DNA of 64,000 nt from Candidatus Latescibacterota bacterium. GTDB taxonomy: Bacteria; Latescibacterota; UBA2968; UBA8231. Of this stretch, positions 8,784 through 17,802 are shown piece by piece. Numbering within the stretch: the first letter of the stretch is position 1; the number at the start of each line of letters is the position of its first letter. The position numbers and the translations under genes were made by a program. The notes under the pieces are model-generated. The model made no database searches and was not told the DNA's origin. It saw only the letters and a list, made by a program, of their open reading frames with translations. Where the stretch lies: NCBI GenBank assembly GCA_965242865.1, contig CBDETK010000013.1:768001-832000 (forward strand). Reading direction: 5' to 3'.

Positions 8784-10753
8784 TTGAGCAGAATAAGCGG
8801 CCGAGTGGCGACAAAATCGCCGGCCGATAGCCGGTAGAGATACGCGCCGCTGGCTACCCGCTTGCCGCTATCGTCGCGGCCGTCCCATTGCCGGCGGTGC
8901 GGCCCGGCCGGCAGCGCGCCGCTGATTAGGGTGCGCACGCGCTGCCCGCTGACGCTGTAAATGGTCAACTCGACGTGGGATGGCCGCCCGAGTTGGAAGG
9001 CAATGGTGGTGCTGGGGTTAAAGGGATTGGGGAAGTTTTGCGCCAATGCAAACGCGGTGGGCGCAACGCCGGCGATCTCGACGACAGCGGTCTCGGCCGC
9101 TTGCGGCAGGGTGATTTCCCACAGCCCGCGCTTGCCGCCCCATTCGATCACATAGAGGCGATGGCCGATGATTTCCGCGTCAATGGGATTGGAAAATCCA
9201 CCGACGAGGCGGGTGACGTGCGCTTGGTACTGGTCGCCGACTTTTTCTAAGTCGAGGTGGAGTAGGTCTTCGCTGGGGTCGTTGAACGGGCCGTTGACGC
9301 TGTCGCCGTTGGGATCGCCCGAGGTCCAACTGAGGGTGAAGCCGTCGCCGCGCAACGGTTCGGCCAGAGCTTGATCTACATCGAACACCAAGCCGAGCGG
9401 CGAGCGGTGGGCGGTAAAGGTGCCGAAGCGCACGCCCTCGGCGCTGGCGTCTTTGATGCGGCCATCGGCGGGGTCGCGGTACGCGTCCGCGTCCGGTCCG
9501 AGGTTGATCACCGGGTCGGTAAAGGCGCGTGGCGGGGGCGGGTACGAGGGATCGTTGTGGTAGTAGCCTTCGCGCACGGCCGTGAACCCGGCCGGGAGGA
9601 GGGCGTCGGTGGCCGGGTCGTAGTCGGGGAATTGCTGGGGGGTGTCGTCGAGTCCCATGCGCCACGGGAAGCCGTAGTGATGCCCTTGGCGCAGCCAGTT
9701 GAGTTCCTCGGGCATGTCGCGATCCGGCCCGTTTTCCGTGGCAAAGAGGTCGCCGTTGGGCGCGAACGCGAGGTCGTAGGCGTTGCGTAGCCCCTCGGCA
9801 AAGAGGAAGCCGGCCGCGCGGAGGGCGACGCGGTCGTTGGGCAGCACGAGGTCGCGGGCATCGGTGGGGACGCGCAGGATTATCGCGGTGAGGGCGGTTT
9901 CGCGCAGCTCGGGGAAGGCCCCGTTGCCGTCTTGGATTTCGCCGTGGTCCGTGCGCGAGCCGCTGTTGATAAACAGGGAGCGGTTGTCTGGGCTGACGAC
10001 GAGCCCGTTGACATCGTGGTTAAAAATGCAGTCGCACCGCTCGTAGGGCGCGGTTTCTGCGAGGGTGAACCAAGTGTACTCGCCGCTGGTTGGATCGACC
10101 TCGCCCTTGGTGATGGTGGCGATGTTGTACTGGGATAGGTCGATGCGCTTGAGGACGTAAAAAGTGCCGTCGGCGTCGATAAACAGCGCGCTGGGGCGGC
10201 TGAAGCCGTGGTCGGCGGCCGTGTACACCGTGCCCTTGGGGACGAGGGTAATGTCGCCGTTGGTCTTGAGCGCGTAGCGGGTGTTGGTCGTGGGGTCGCG
10301 GCCGAGGCTGGTCGCGGCGAGGATGTCGTCGATGGGGACGTCGGCGGGCAGGTCGTCCGGGTCGAGCGATTCCCATTGGCGGGTGTCGTCGCCGAGCAAC
10401 ACGCCGCGTACGAGGGCAAATTGGTCGCTGTCGCGGGGGCCGCGGCGGTTGGACGCCAAGTAAAACGAGCCGTCCGGGCCGATGGCAAAGCCGGTGAAGC
10501 CGCTGCCAATGCCGTGATCGTCTCTGGAGTATGCGGGCGCGAGTTTGGCGGCTGCTAGGTCGATGCGGTCTATCGCGCCGTTTTGCCGCAAGGTATAGAG
10601 GGCGTTGGTGCGCGGGTCTTTGGCGATGCGAAGGGTGCCTTGAGGCAGGTTGAAGATGCGGCGGATTTCGAGGTCGTCGCGGGTGGGTTGCGGGTCGGCG
10701 TACGCGGTGGAGCAAAGGGCGGCGAGGGCAAAGGCGAGGGAACGGGTGAACAT
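8780..10753 (-). CDS. Glucose/sorbosone dehydrogenase-like secreted protein with FlgD-Ig tail (paralog of the neighbour, no cytochrome domain)
   Basis: ATG at 10753 with a signal peptide (MFTRSLAFALAALCSTAYA), the same GSDH motifs and a QNFPNPFN CTD. Confidence 0.85.
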   Translation of the reverse strand: MFTRSLAFALAALCSTAYADPQPTRDDLEIRRIFNLPQGTLRIAKDPRTNALYTLRQNGAIDRIDLAAAKLAPAYSRDDHGIGSGFTGFAIGPDGSFYLASNRRGPRDSDQFALVRGVLLGDDTRQWESLDPDDLPADVPIDDILAATSLGRDPTTNTRYALKTNGDITLVPKGTVYTAADHGFSRPSALFIDADGTFYVLKRIDLSQYNIATITKGEVDPTSGEYTWFTLAETAPYERCDCIFNHDVNGLVVSPDNRSLFINSGSRTDHGEIQDGNGAFPELRETALTAIILRVPTDARDLVLPNDRVALRAAGFLFAEGLRNAYDLAFAPNGDLFATENGPDRDMPEELNWLRQGHHYGFPWRMGLDDTPQQFPDYDPATDALLPAGFTAVREGYYHNDPSYPPPPRAFTDPVINLGPDADAYRDPADGRIKDASAEGVRFGTFTAHRSPLGLVFDVDQALAEPLRGDGFTLSWTSGDPNGDSVNGPFNDPSEDLLHLDLEKVGDQYQAHVTRLVGGFSNPIDAEIIGHRLYVIEWGGKRGLWEITLPQAAETAVVEIAGVAPTAFALAQNFPNPFNPSTTIAFQLGRPSHVELTIYSVSGQRVRTLISGALPAGPHRRQWDGRDDSGKRVASGAYLYRLSAGDFVATRPLILLK

Positions 10754-10781
10754 GGGGTCCTTTCGGGGAAGGTGAGGATGG

Positions 10782-10887
10782 CTAGCTAATCGGGCGTTCA
10801 CACCAGCGGGATGCGTCCGCCAGCTCTTGGGCGTGATGAAATTGTTCGGCGCGGAGATATGCTCTGAGGGAGGTTCGTGGGAACCAA
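10782..10887 (-). pseudogene. Internally deleted remnant of the 11324-11767 gene
   Basis: The first ~12 codons (LVPTNLPQSISP) match that gene's N-terminus. They are joined out of frame to HHAQELADASRWCERP, which matches its C-terminus HHTQDLTNASRWRERP. Confidence 0.85.
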
Positions 10888-10892
10888 CCGAT

Positions 10893-11327
10893 TTACTCCT
10901 GTCTTAGTTCATCCAAGGCGTCGCGCAGAAATGTATCCGGCAGTTGGTCCGTATGTGGATACCGCTTGCGCCGATGGTTGCCGTTCATGTTGACCGAGCA
11001 CAGGGCACCGCCATCCGATTCGCACAATAACATAACAGAACGCCGAAACCCACCGGGAACCGTGATCGCAATAACTCTCTCCGGCAGGAGTTCGACCAGA
11101 TATTGACGGGGCAATATGTCATAGATTGCTCGTAGCAGACGGTCTGCGTTGGCAATAGTCGATTCGGAAGGCCGCGCAATGCCTTTTTCGGCGGCCTCGT
11201 CGTTTATCTCGCTAAGATCGCGTAGGGCTTCGGCGAGCGGAGCGGGTACGTCTTCTTCCGTTGCGTTTTTAGAGAGGCTCGTTAAATCTTGGGTCATTTT
11301 AGAGAGGCTCGTTAAATCTTGGGTCAT
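10893..11327 (-). CDS. Hypothetical protein, copy 2 (putative antitoxin/immunity-like)
   Basis: Near-identical to 11773-12207; has a 30-bp tandem duplication at the N-terminus. Confidence 0.75.
   Translation of the reverse strand: MTQDLTSLSKMTQDLTSLSKNATEEDVPAPLAEALRDLSEINDEAAEKGIARPSESTIANADRLLRAIYDILPRQYLVELLPERVIAITVPGGFRRSVMLLCESDGGALCSVNMNGNHRRKRYPHTDQLPDTFLRDALDELRQE
11268..11327. repeat. Perfect 2 x 30-bp tandem repeat TTTAGAGAGGCTCGTTAAATCTTGGGTCAT
   Basis: Read directly at 11268-11297 and 11298-11327; encodes MTQDLTSLSK twice. Confidence 0.95.
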
Positions 11328-11767
11328 TGGTCAATGCTCGTGGAGGCCGGGCGTTCACGCCAGCGGGAAGCATTCGTCAGATCTTGGGTGTGATGTCTTT
11401 GTTTTTTCTGATCCTCCGCTGCGGAATCGGGTAGGATAATATCTGCATGGTATGGGTTGCCGGGTTGTGGAGTGGCAACCACCCGCCGCCCATTGCTTTC
11501 GGCGTCTTCAGCGGCAATGACGGCCCAGCCATAAAACTTACGGCCTCCACTACGGCCAACTGCTACCTTGTCGCCAAGCGTCGCCATCTGCTCAGGTTCC
11601 GCGAAATCAAGCCGGTCAACGGAGATAGTCACTTCCCCGCGCCGTTCGAGAAATACACGGAAGGGTGTTGTACCGCGCTCAGCTCGACGTGCCTGTGTGC
11701 TTGAAAATACGCCCCGTCCCAAAGTCTCGTTCGGAGATATGTTCTGAGGGAGGTTCGTGGGAACCAA
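11324..11767 (-). CDS. Hypothetical protein, possible ADP-ribosyltransferase-like fold toxin
   Basis: R (LGRG), S (ISVDR) and H (NPYHA) are spaced like Tse2-type ART-fold proteins. The function is inferred. Confidence 0.6.
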   Translation of the reverse strand: MVPTNLPQNISPNETLGRGVFSSTQARRAERGTTPFRVFLERRGEVTISVDRLDFAEPEQMATLGDKVAVGRSGGRKFYGWAVIAAEDAESNGRRVVATPQPGNPYHADIILPDSAAEDQKKQRHHTQDLTNASRWRERPASTSIDQ

Positions 11768-11772
11768 CCGAT

Positions 11773-12207
11773 TTACTCCCGTCCTAGTTCACTCAAGGCT
11801 TCGCTCAGAAATGTATCCGGCAGTTGATCCGTGTGTCGATACTCCTTGTCCCGATATTTGCCGTTCATATTGACCGAGCACAGGGCACCACCGTCCGATT
11901 CGCAGAACAACATAACTGAACGCCGAAACCCACCGGGAATCGTGATCGCAATAACCCCCTCCGGCAGGAGTTCCACCAGATATTGACGGGGCAATATGTC
12001 ATAGGTTGCTCGTAGCAGACGATCCGCGTTGGCAATAGTCGATTCGGAAGGCCGCGCAATGCCTTCTTCGTCGGCTTCGTCGTTTATCTCGTTAAGATCG
12101 CGTAGGGCTTCGGCGAGCGGAGCGGGTACGTCTTCTTCTATTGCGTTTTCAAAGAGTGCGGCATCAAGAGACGCCCCAAACGTCCTGCTCGTTAAATCTT
12201 GGGTCAT
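11773..12207 (-). CDS. Hypothetical protein, copy 1 (putative antitoxin/immunity-like)
   Basis: AAGGAG RBS before ATG at 12207; acidic N-terminal half; tightly coupled to the downstream gene. Confidence 0.75.
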   Translation of the reverse strand: MTQDLTSRTFGASLDAALFENAIEEDVPAPLAEALRDLNEINDEADEEGIARPSESTIANADRLLRATYDILPRQYLVELLPEGVIAITIPGGFRRSVMLFCESDGGALCSVNMNGKYRDKEYRHTDQLPDTFLSEALSELGRE

Positions 12208-12261
12208 AATGGCTCCTTTCACAGTTACTACGGGGGCCTTCGCTGTTTCACATACCCGTGC

Positions 12262-13449
12262 CTAGGGTGCAGTTGGGGCCTTAATCTTGTAGTCCTCCGG
12301 AACGCTAGCGGGTCTTGGACAAAAGTGTCGGAAATCGCAGGCGGCACAGGTTGCCTCATCTTGGCAGTTCGGAGACCAAGCCTGAAGAATATCGCGGCCA
12401 GTTGCTTCTGCTACGACATCTTCCTCCGCTCGACGAACAACATCATCGAAGGATGCAAGAGCACGATCAATGCTCTCTGGGGAGGCCGGAATAACTCGGA
12501 TGGCCCTACGCAGACGAAAAGCGAGCGATAGTTGGCTTGTATCCATGCCCTCCCGCCACATTCTGACAATCTGCTCATCTTGAGAGCCAACTTCTGGCAC
12601 TACGTCAGTCGAATTATTAGCCAGACCCCGCCTAATCGCCCGCATCTCTGTTCCACCGGGTGTCAACTCGTTTATGTAGATCAGAATGCCAGCAGCCACT
12701 TGAAGGGCATCGGGCTGCCGTGCTCTGAGCCAAGCGTAAGTTTGAATTTGCCAGTCTCCTTGGTCCCAGTAGGCTTCATCAGTCAAGGGGCGTCTCGCAC
12801 CTTTATAGTCCACTATAACCTCGAATTCTCCTTGCAATTTTGGATCACCTTGCAGAACGCACTGACGAATAAGATTGTCGTCGGAGGCTTCAGAGAGAGT
12901 TACGTTAGTCAGGACGTCGATAACACCGTGTACTTCATAGTTATCGCAGCGAAGGTCTTCCTCACTATCTGGCACAGGTCTTGTTCCAATCACTTTGCGC
13001 TCTGTAGAAGCGATAAGTGGAAATAAATGCCGTCTGAGCTCGTTCACCGCAACCTCAATGCGACGGTATGCCGAGTCGCGAGCATCAGCACTACGTGCTT
13101 CCTTGCCTTGTTGCCGTAAAGCATTCTCTACTAAGTCGGCAAATCTACCAATGTCGTAGTTAGCCCAGTTAGGGGAATCTTGTCGCCACTCGCGTTTTGT
13201 GCATGGCCAAGGGAAGTTAGGTGGCTGTTGGCCTTTTTGGCGTAACTCATCCCAAAAGCGATAGGCCATTTCCAAGGTGCCATGTAAAAACTCACCAAAC
13301 CAGAGCTGGACTGGTCTCGATGGAGGCAAAGCACTGCCATTGTGGTATCGATACTGTAGCCGGCAACGCAGATAGGATAGCAGGTCGCCAGTGAGCGAAT
13401 AGGATGGAACGATATGTTCCGGACGTTTGACTTCAAGTTCCATGGCCAA
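12262..13449 (-). CDS. PD-(D/E)XK nuclease, RecB/AddB/Cas4-like with probable 4Fe-4S staple
   Basis: Motifs GEFLH, GVIDVL, IVDYKG and QIQTY; N-terminal Cys (YLRC) plus C-terminal CAACDFRHFC. Confidence 0.85.
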   Translation of the reverse strand: MAMELEVKRPEHIVPSYSLTGDLLSYLRCRLQYRYHNGSALPPSRPVQLWFGEFLHGTLEMAYRFWDELRQKGQQPPNFPWPCTKREWRQDSPNWANYDIGRFADLVENALRQQGKEARSADARDSAYRRIEVAVNELRRHLFPLIASTERKVIGTRPVPDSEEDLRCDNYEVHGVIDVLTNVTLSEASDDNLIRQCVLQGDPKLQGEFEVIVDYKGARRPLTDEAYWDQGDWQIQTYAWLRARQPDALQVAAGILIYINELTPGGTEMRAIRRGLANNSTDVVPEVGSQDEQIVRMWREGMDTSQLSLAFRLRRAIRVIPASPESIDRALASFDDVVRRAEEDVVAEATGRDILQAWSPNCQDEATCAACDFRHFCPRPASVPEDYKIKAPTAP

Positions 13450-13469
13450 CTCCCGTTGATGCGTTGGGA

Positions 13470-15851
13470 TTATAGAAGCAAAAATGGTGGATCAACTCGT
13501 ACAGGAGATCTGCGAGTACTATATTCTTGTCTCCACGGCCAAGTATTATCACGCCGCCAGCCCAAAGCTATGTTCGGAATTGCCTTTTGGGTGTAATTCT
13601 TTCCGGTTCCATAGAATAGGCAGCTTTCGTTTCCCACGAGCATCAGTACGGACTGTGGACGGCTATAGGCGACGTAATAGAGCCGCGCTAGGTCATCAAA
13701 AGTACGGTCCAAGCCATCACGATCACTTCGGAGTGGACCCGTTAGATGAGGCTCTACGTCATTTTCAGCTCGCACTACACTCGAAATGCGATCAGGAAAT
13801 CTCAAAAATCGCTGCATTCGATGGTTGCGCGTAAAGCGACTTCCAACATCAACGATCACTAATGGAAATTCCAATCCTTTTGCTTGGTGAATTGTCATAA
13901 ATTGCAATCTATCCCGCGGAACGCTTGGTATAATGTCTTCGTCAACATCAACCTCGTTCTCTGCAATCGGTATAAGTGCGTCGCGAACAAAACTCAATCT
14001 GCTTCTGCTTAAACGCACAGGATCGCTATTAGCAGCGGTGTTCTGTAGAAGTTGCATACCATAGGGAGATGCCATACCCGCGCTTGCAATGATGCGCGTA
14101 ATAGCCTCCAGCCATACTTGATGCTCGGGATCACGTTGAAATTCAGGCATCCAAGAGATCAACTTAAAGACAAGTTCCAGAACCGGCCAGTCTTGAGGAA
14201 AAGCATCGGTCGCCTGCCCCAACGCAGCATTTTGCCAGTCTCTGATGAAACCTCTGAGTGCAGGACCATCATTTGGGGGTGGGTTTGAGTCGACAAATTG
14301 TTGAGCACTTTGTCTCCACTGACTAAGGAAGAACCTCGCCTCGTTAGTGGGCATCACTTCACTGATGATGGTATTTTTTGGATCAATTGCCAGAAGGAGG
14401 AGACCTAAGAGAACGCTTACATTGGGAATTGTTCGCAGAGCTTGACCGCGTGGATTGAAAACTTGGAGACCGTTAGCTTTCATTTTCTCTCGCAGTGTAC
14501 CTGGAAATCTCTCCTGTGGTGCACTTTTGTAATGGTCGTACTGCTCTTCTTCAATAGAATGAGCCAAAAACACCGCGTCACCTAAGGCACCGTCCTGTGA
14601 TATCCGAATTTCCTGATCTATTGCGCCAATAGGAAAATTCCGTTGATTAAACAGCCTATTCAGAAATGCCACAAGGTCTGTTGCGAGACTCTCTGGATCA
14701 GCCCTAAACATACCTAACACGCGAATATCTTCGCTTGTCCTAGTTGCCACCACCGAAGGCTTTGGAGGCTTAATTCGTGCAGGCAAGAAATCTGGATCGC
14801 TCGTAATGTAGTCGTTATAAAACTGCACAATTTCCGGCCTTGAGCGGAAGTTTCTGGTCATGTCCACTCGACGGGTCTGGCGTCTTGTTGCTTGCTGACA
14901 ACGCTCTGCAAACTCAGTAAAGAGTTCAACCGATCCACCCCTGAACCTGTACATGGACTGATCGTCATCACCTACAATAGTCATTGACAGGCGGGCCATA
15001 TCAAGCATAGCAAAGTAAATGGCTTCCTGCAGAGGATTTGTGTCTTGATATTCATCGATTAAAATCACTCGTAATCCTTCAAGCCACTCCCTAAGCGATC
15101 CATTGGACAAACGTTGCAGAAATAGTTCCTCTAAAATCGTAAAATCAAAGACGTTTGTTTCAACCGCTCGCTGGCGATAGCGTTCCAGCATCTCGACAAA
15201 CAATTCTTGGGCTTGTCCAGATTGTGTATAACTGTTCAAGTTCACACGATCCTGTATCAAACGTTCAAGTAAGCGCTTCGCCACTTTAAGGGCCTCTCCA
15301 AGATTGCGCGGAGATTTGCCATCGAAGGTGTACCGGCTCAAAAGGATATCAAGAGTGTCTTGATTGGACTTGTACAAATCTCGAAATGCTGACCTCTTCA
15401 AAATTAGGTTACTTGCGGAGGTTTCTGCGACTATAGGCTCGAGTGCTCCCGGCAATCGGTACTCTGTCAGTGCTTGTTGGATAATACTATCCAACGTATC
15501 AATTCTGCATCGGTTAAGGTCAATCTGGGAGAGATTGATAGCAGAATCAGACTCAAGTTCTGCATAAAGGGCAGTACCCCAGTCTAGCCAGCGCGTACGT
15601 AACTCACGGGCAGCTTTCCGAGTGAACGTGGTAATCAGAATGTTTTCAGGCAGAACATTTTCTACGAAGACATACCGTAAAGCGCGAAGCACAAGAACGG
15701 TGGTCTTTCCCGAACCCGGACCAGCAACAATTTGCAGAATGCGGGCGTCCGCGTGGTTGACAGCGTCGAGCTGAGCCGCATTATCTGGATTTAGCAAATC
15801 GCGGCCAAGGCGACTGCTTACTATATCGAGAAAACGATCTTTGCTAATCAT
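13470..15851 (-). CDS. UvrD/Rep-family SF1 helicase (island-encoded)
   Basis: Motifs AGPGSGKT, TFTRKAA, DEYQD, VGDDDQSMYRFRG, NFRS, TIHQAKGLEF and YVAYSR. Confidence 0.92.
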   Translation of the reverse strand: MISKDRFLDIVSSRLGRDLLNPDNAAQLDAVNHADARILQIVAGPGSGKTTVLVLRALRYVFVENVLPENILITTFTRKAARELRTRWLDWGTALYAELESDSAINLSQIDLNRCRIDTLDSIIQQALTEYRLPGALEPIVAETSASNLILKRSAFRDLYKSNQDTLDILLSRYTFDGKSPRNLGEALKVAKRLLERLIQDRVNLNSYTQSGQAQELFVEMLERYRQRAVETNVFDFTILEELFLQRLSNGSLREWLEGLRVILIDEYQDTNPLQEAIYFAMLDMARLSMTIVGDDDQSMYRFRGGSVELFTEFAERCQQATRRQTRRVDMTRNFRSRPEIVQFYNDYITSDPDFLPARIKPPKPSVVATRTSEDIRVLGMFRADPESLATDLVAFLNRLFNQRNFPIGAIDQEIRISQDGALGDAVFLAHSIEEEQYDHYKSAPQERFPGTLREKMKANGLQVFNPRGQALRTIPNVSVLLGLLLLAIDPKNTIISEVMPTNEARFFLSQWRQSAQQFVDSNPPPNDGPALRGFIRDWQNAALGQATDAFPQDWPVLELVFKLISWMPEFQRDPEHQVWLEAITRIIASAGMASPYGMQLLQNTAANSDPVRLSRSRLSFVRDALIPIAENEVDVDEDIIPSVPRDRLQFMTIHQAKGLEFPLVIVDVGSRFTRNHRMQRFLRFPDRISSVVRAENDVEPHLTGPLRSDRDGLDRTFDDLARLYYVAYSRPQSVLMLVGNESCLFYGTGKNYTQKAIPNIALGWRRDNTWPWRQEYSTRRSPVRVDPPFLLL

Positions 15852-15881
15852 AAAATGTCCTTTAGCCTGATCTCTAATACC

Positions 15882-17600
15882 CTAGACATGCCTACCTTCT
15901 TGGATGCGTTCGTATAACATGAGCGTGTTGTGCGCTCCTCGTCTCCGGTTTCGATTGGCCCCACGGAAGATGAGGATATGGATGCCGATTCTTTGGCAAA
16001 AGGGGCAGTCGCAATTTTGCCAAGGGCGTTCTTCTAGTGTCCGACGGTATTGCCCACGCATGGACTGCATTTCACTGGACCTCGCTAGATGCTGGTCGTA
16101 GCTTACAACAGCGTCGAGAACTTCATTGACGTGGACCTCATCCCTGTCGTATCGGCATAGTAAGCTCAAAACTTCGCGTTCCTCTTGCTCCAATTGAGAA
16201 ATGTCCGCATTTGCTGCTATCAGTCGCTTGCGTGTGCGTCCGTCGCTTGTTATCGGTACTCGCAATGCCGCGTACCACTTACCATTGGTGCCGAGATAAT
16301 TCTGATCAGAGCGAAGCCACGCTTTGCGGAAGTACGTTGCGCTGTCAAAGCTATCAATTTTGAGTTCGCGGAACACATCTTGCAGTTTGGGGCGGAAAAT
16401 CCCAAACAGATGTATCCATGGTCTCTCTTTGAGTTCGTTGGCGGCAGTGATCACTGCTCGTGCAATACTCTCAATCTCGCTATCTTGCTTAGGAACAAGG
16501 CCCCCAAGTGCCAAATAGCGGTATCCGATGTCATAGTAGTGATGAACGGCTTCAGCGTATTGCTCCGGGCTGATGCCTTGTATAGTGCCAACCGGATTGA
16601 ACTGAGCCTTCCGTTTTTTCGCAGCCTCAAAGAATAACGCCGCATTTGCATGAGTGATTCGCACCCTATCTTGACGTTCCTCATCGGAAAGCCCCCTTAT
16701 TTCTCCGTTCTTGTTGATTTTTTGAACGGGAATATGGTCAACAGACGCTCCAAAGTTGAAGTCATATAACTCGTATAACGCGACCGCTTGCTCTACTGAA
16801 ATAGCTGGTTCATCGTCATTCACGTAACTGAAGGCACCACAATCGCCAAATAGCCACTGATTATCCATAAGACCAAATTGTTTGCGTAGCGGCAAAGGAG
16901 ACAAGGCACTGGCTTCGGTGCCTTCCAGCCGCCGCAAGGGGCCTTTCGATGTTCCATGCTGGGCAAGACTGACGAGGATGCCGTCGCACATTTGTTCGGG
17001 CTGCATCAAGATACAACAGTGTTGATCCTCTCTGTCTTCACGAGTTGGCCCCGAGAAGGTGTCTTGCTCGAAGTCAAAATTCGGATCCAAGAGGTCGTCC
17101 CAGTCAGGAAGGAAATAGCAGTGTCTCCCAGCACCACCGTTAACATCAGCCCTCACCCTCTGGACAGGCGGTGTGCTATTGAGAAAAGCCTTTATTTGAC
17201 TCGCTTTCTCGCCTCTGCTGCCTTGAAACGGCGTAACGGGGAGAGAAGTCCGTTTCAGGGCGGGCTCAACGGCGGGAAGATAGTCCTTTCCCAATGAAAA
17301 ATACACGGCATCGTGATAATCAGCCCACTTTTTTAGAATGGCAGAACACTCAGTAGCCTTTTCACGGGCCATAGCTGGAGTCATCCGCGAATCGTAATGC
17401 TCAATCCGCTTCAGACTTCCAAACAAACCGTATTCCGCAGAAAGAATCGCAATAGATAGACCAAGCGGCCATTGATTGTCCCGCAAGAATTTCTTGATGA
17501 CCCGATACTCAGACCCGTTGTAACGGTCAATTGCAGGAAGCCAACCATTACAGTTCCGTTTGGCCTGCGAGCAACTCAAAACGAGTAACTGTCTATTCAT
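15882..17600 (-). CDS. dpdA: DpdA-like DNA/tRNA-guanine transglycosylase with an extra N-terminal DUF6884/YaaA-like domain
   Basis: TGT motifs DCGAFSY, SVDH, IQG, LGGL, HLFG and SFDS, plus the Zn site CDCPFC...H. DpdA-type segments YFLPDWDDLLDPNFDF and IFRGANRNRRRGAHN. The N-terminal ~140 aa contain SCSQAK..PAIDRYNG..ILSAEYGL. Confidence 0.8.
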   Translation of the reverse strand: MNRQLLVLSCSQAKRNCNGWLPAIDRYNGSEYRVIKKFLRDNQWPLGLSIAILSAEYGLFGSLKRIEHYDSRMTPAMAREKATECSAILKKWADYHDAVYFSLGKDYLPAVEPALKRTSLPVTPFQGSRGEKASQIKAFLNSTPPVQRVRADVNGGAGRHCYFLPDWDDLLDPNFDFEQDTFSGPTREDREDQHCCILMQPEQMCDGILVSLAQHGTSKGPLRRLEGTEASALSPLPLRKQFGLMDNQWLFGDCGAFSYVNDDEPAISVEQAVALYELYDFNFGASVDHIPVQKINKNGEIRGLSDEERQDRVRITHANAALFFEAAKKRKAQFNPVGTIQGISPEQYAEAVHHYYDIGYRYLALGGLVPKQDSEIESIARAVITAANELKERPWIHLFGIFRPKLQDVFRELKIDSFDSATYFRKAWLRSDQNYLGTNGKWYAALRVPITSDGRTRKRLIAANADISQLEQEEREVLSLLCRYDRDEVHVNEVLDAVVSYDQHLARSSEMQSMRGQYRRTLEERPWQNCDCPFCQRIGIHILIFRGANRNRRRGAHNTLMLYERIQEGRHV

Positions 17601-17802
17601 GGCATTTACCTCGGCAGAAGCTCAAGAAGGTTGTTGCGATAAAAATAGGAATTATATACAACAGGGCCAAACTGGCACCAGCGGCCACATGCACGGGTGG
17701 TACGCCTTTCAGTACGCACAGCCTCTTGACGGCGATAGACTGCCCGCAGCAGCCCGTTGCTGCTCTCGGCTCAAGCAAAGGACAGATAGTAGGCATCCTA
17801 TC

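Noticed and set aside
11370-11395. Shared TQDLT peptide between the gene B C-terminus and the gene A N-terminus
   Set aside because: It is only five residues, and the other B copy reads AQELA, so it cannot be distinguished from coincidence or local microhomology.
12262-13449. Calling the nuclease cas4 of a CRISPR system
   Set aside because: There is no array or other cas gene; at 395 aa and coupled to UvrD it is better described as RecB/AddB-like.
15882-17600. Housekeeping tRNA-guanine transglycosylase (tgt)
   Set aside because: It lacks the TPxFMPVGT and DSGGFQ signatures, has DpdA-type segments instead, and sits in an AT-richer island.
17593-17796. 67-aa ORF between the RM gene and dpdA
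   Set aside because: It has no recognisable motif, and the region contains an AT-rich TATAAT-bearing stretch more consistent with the dpdA promoter.
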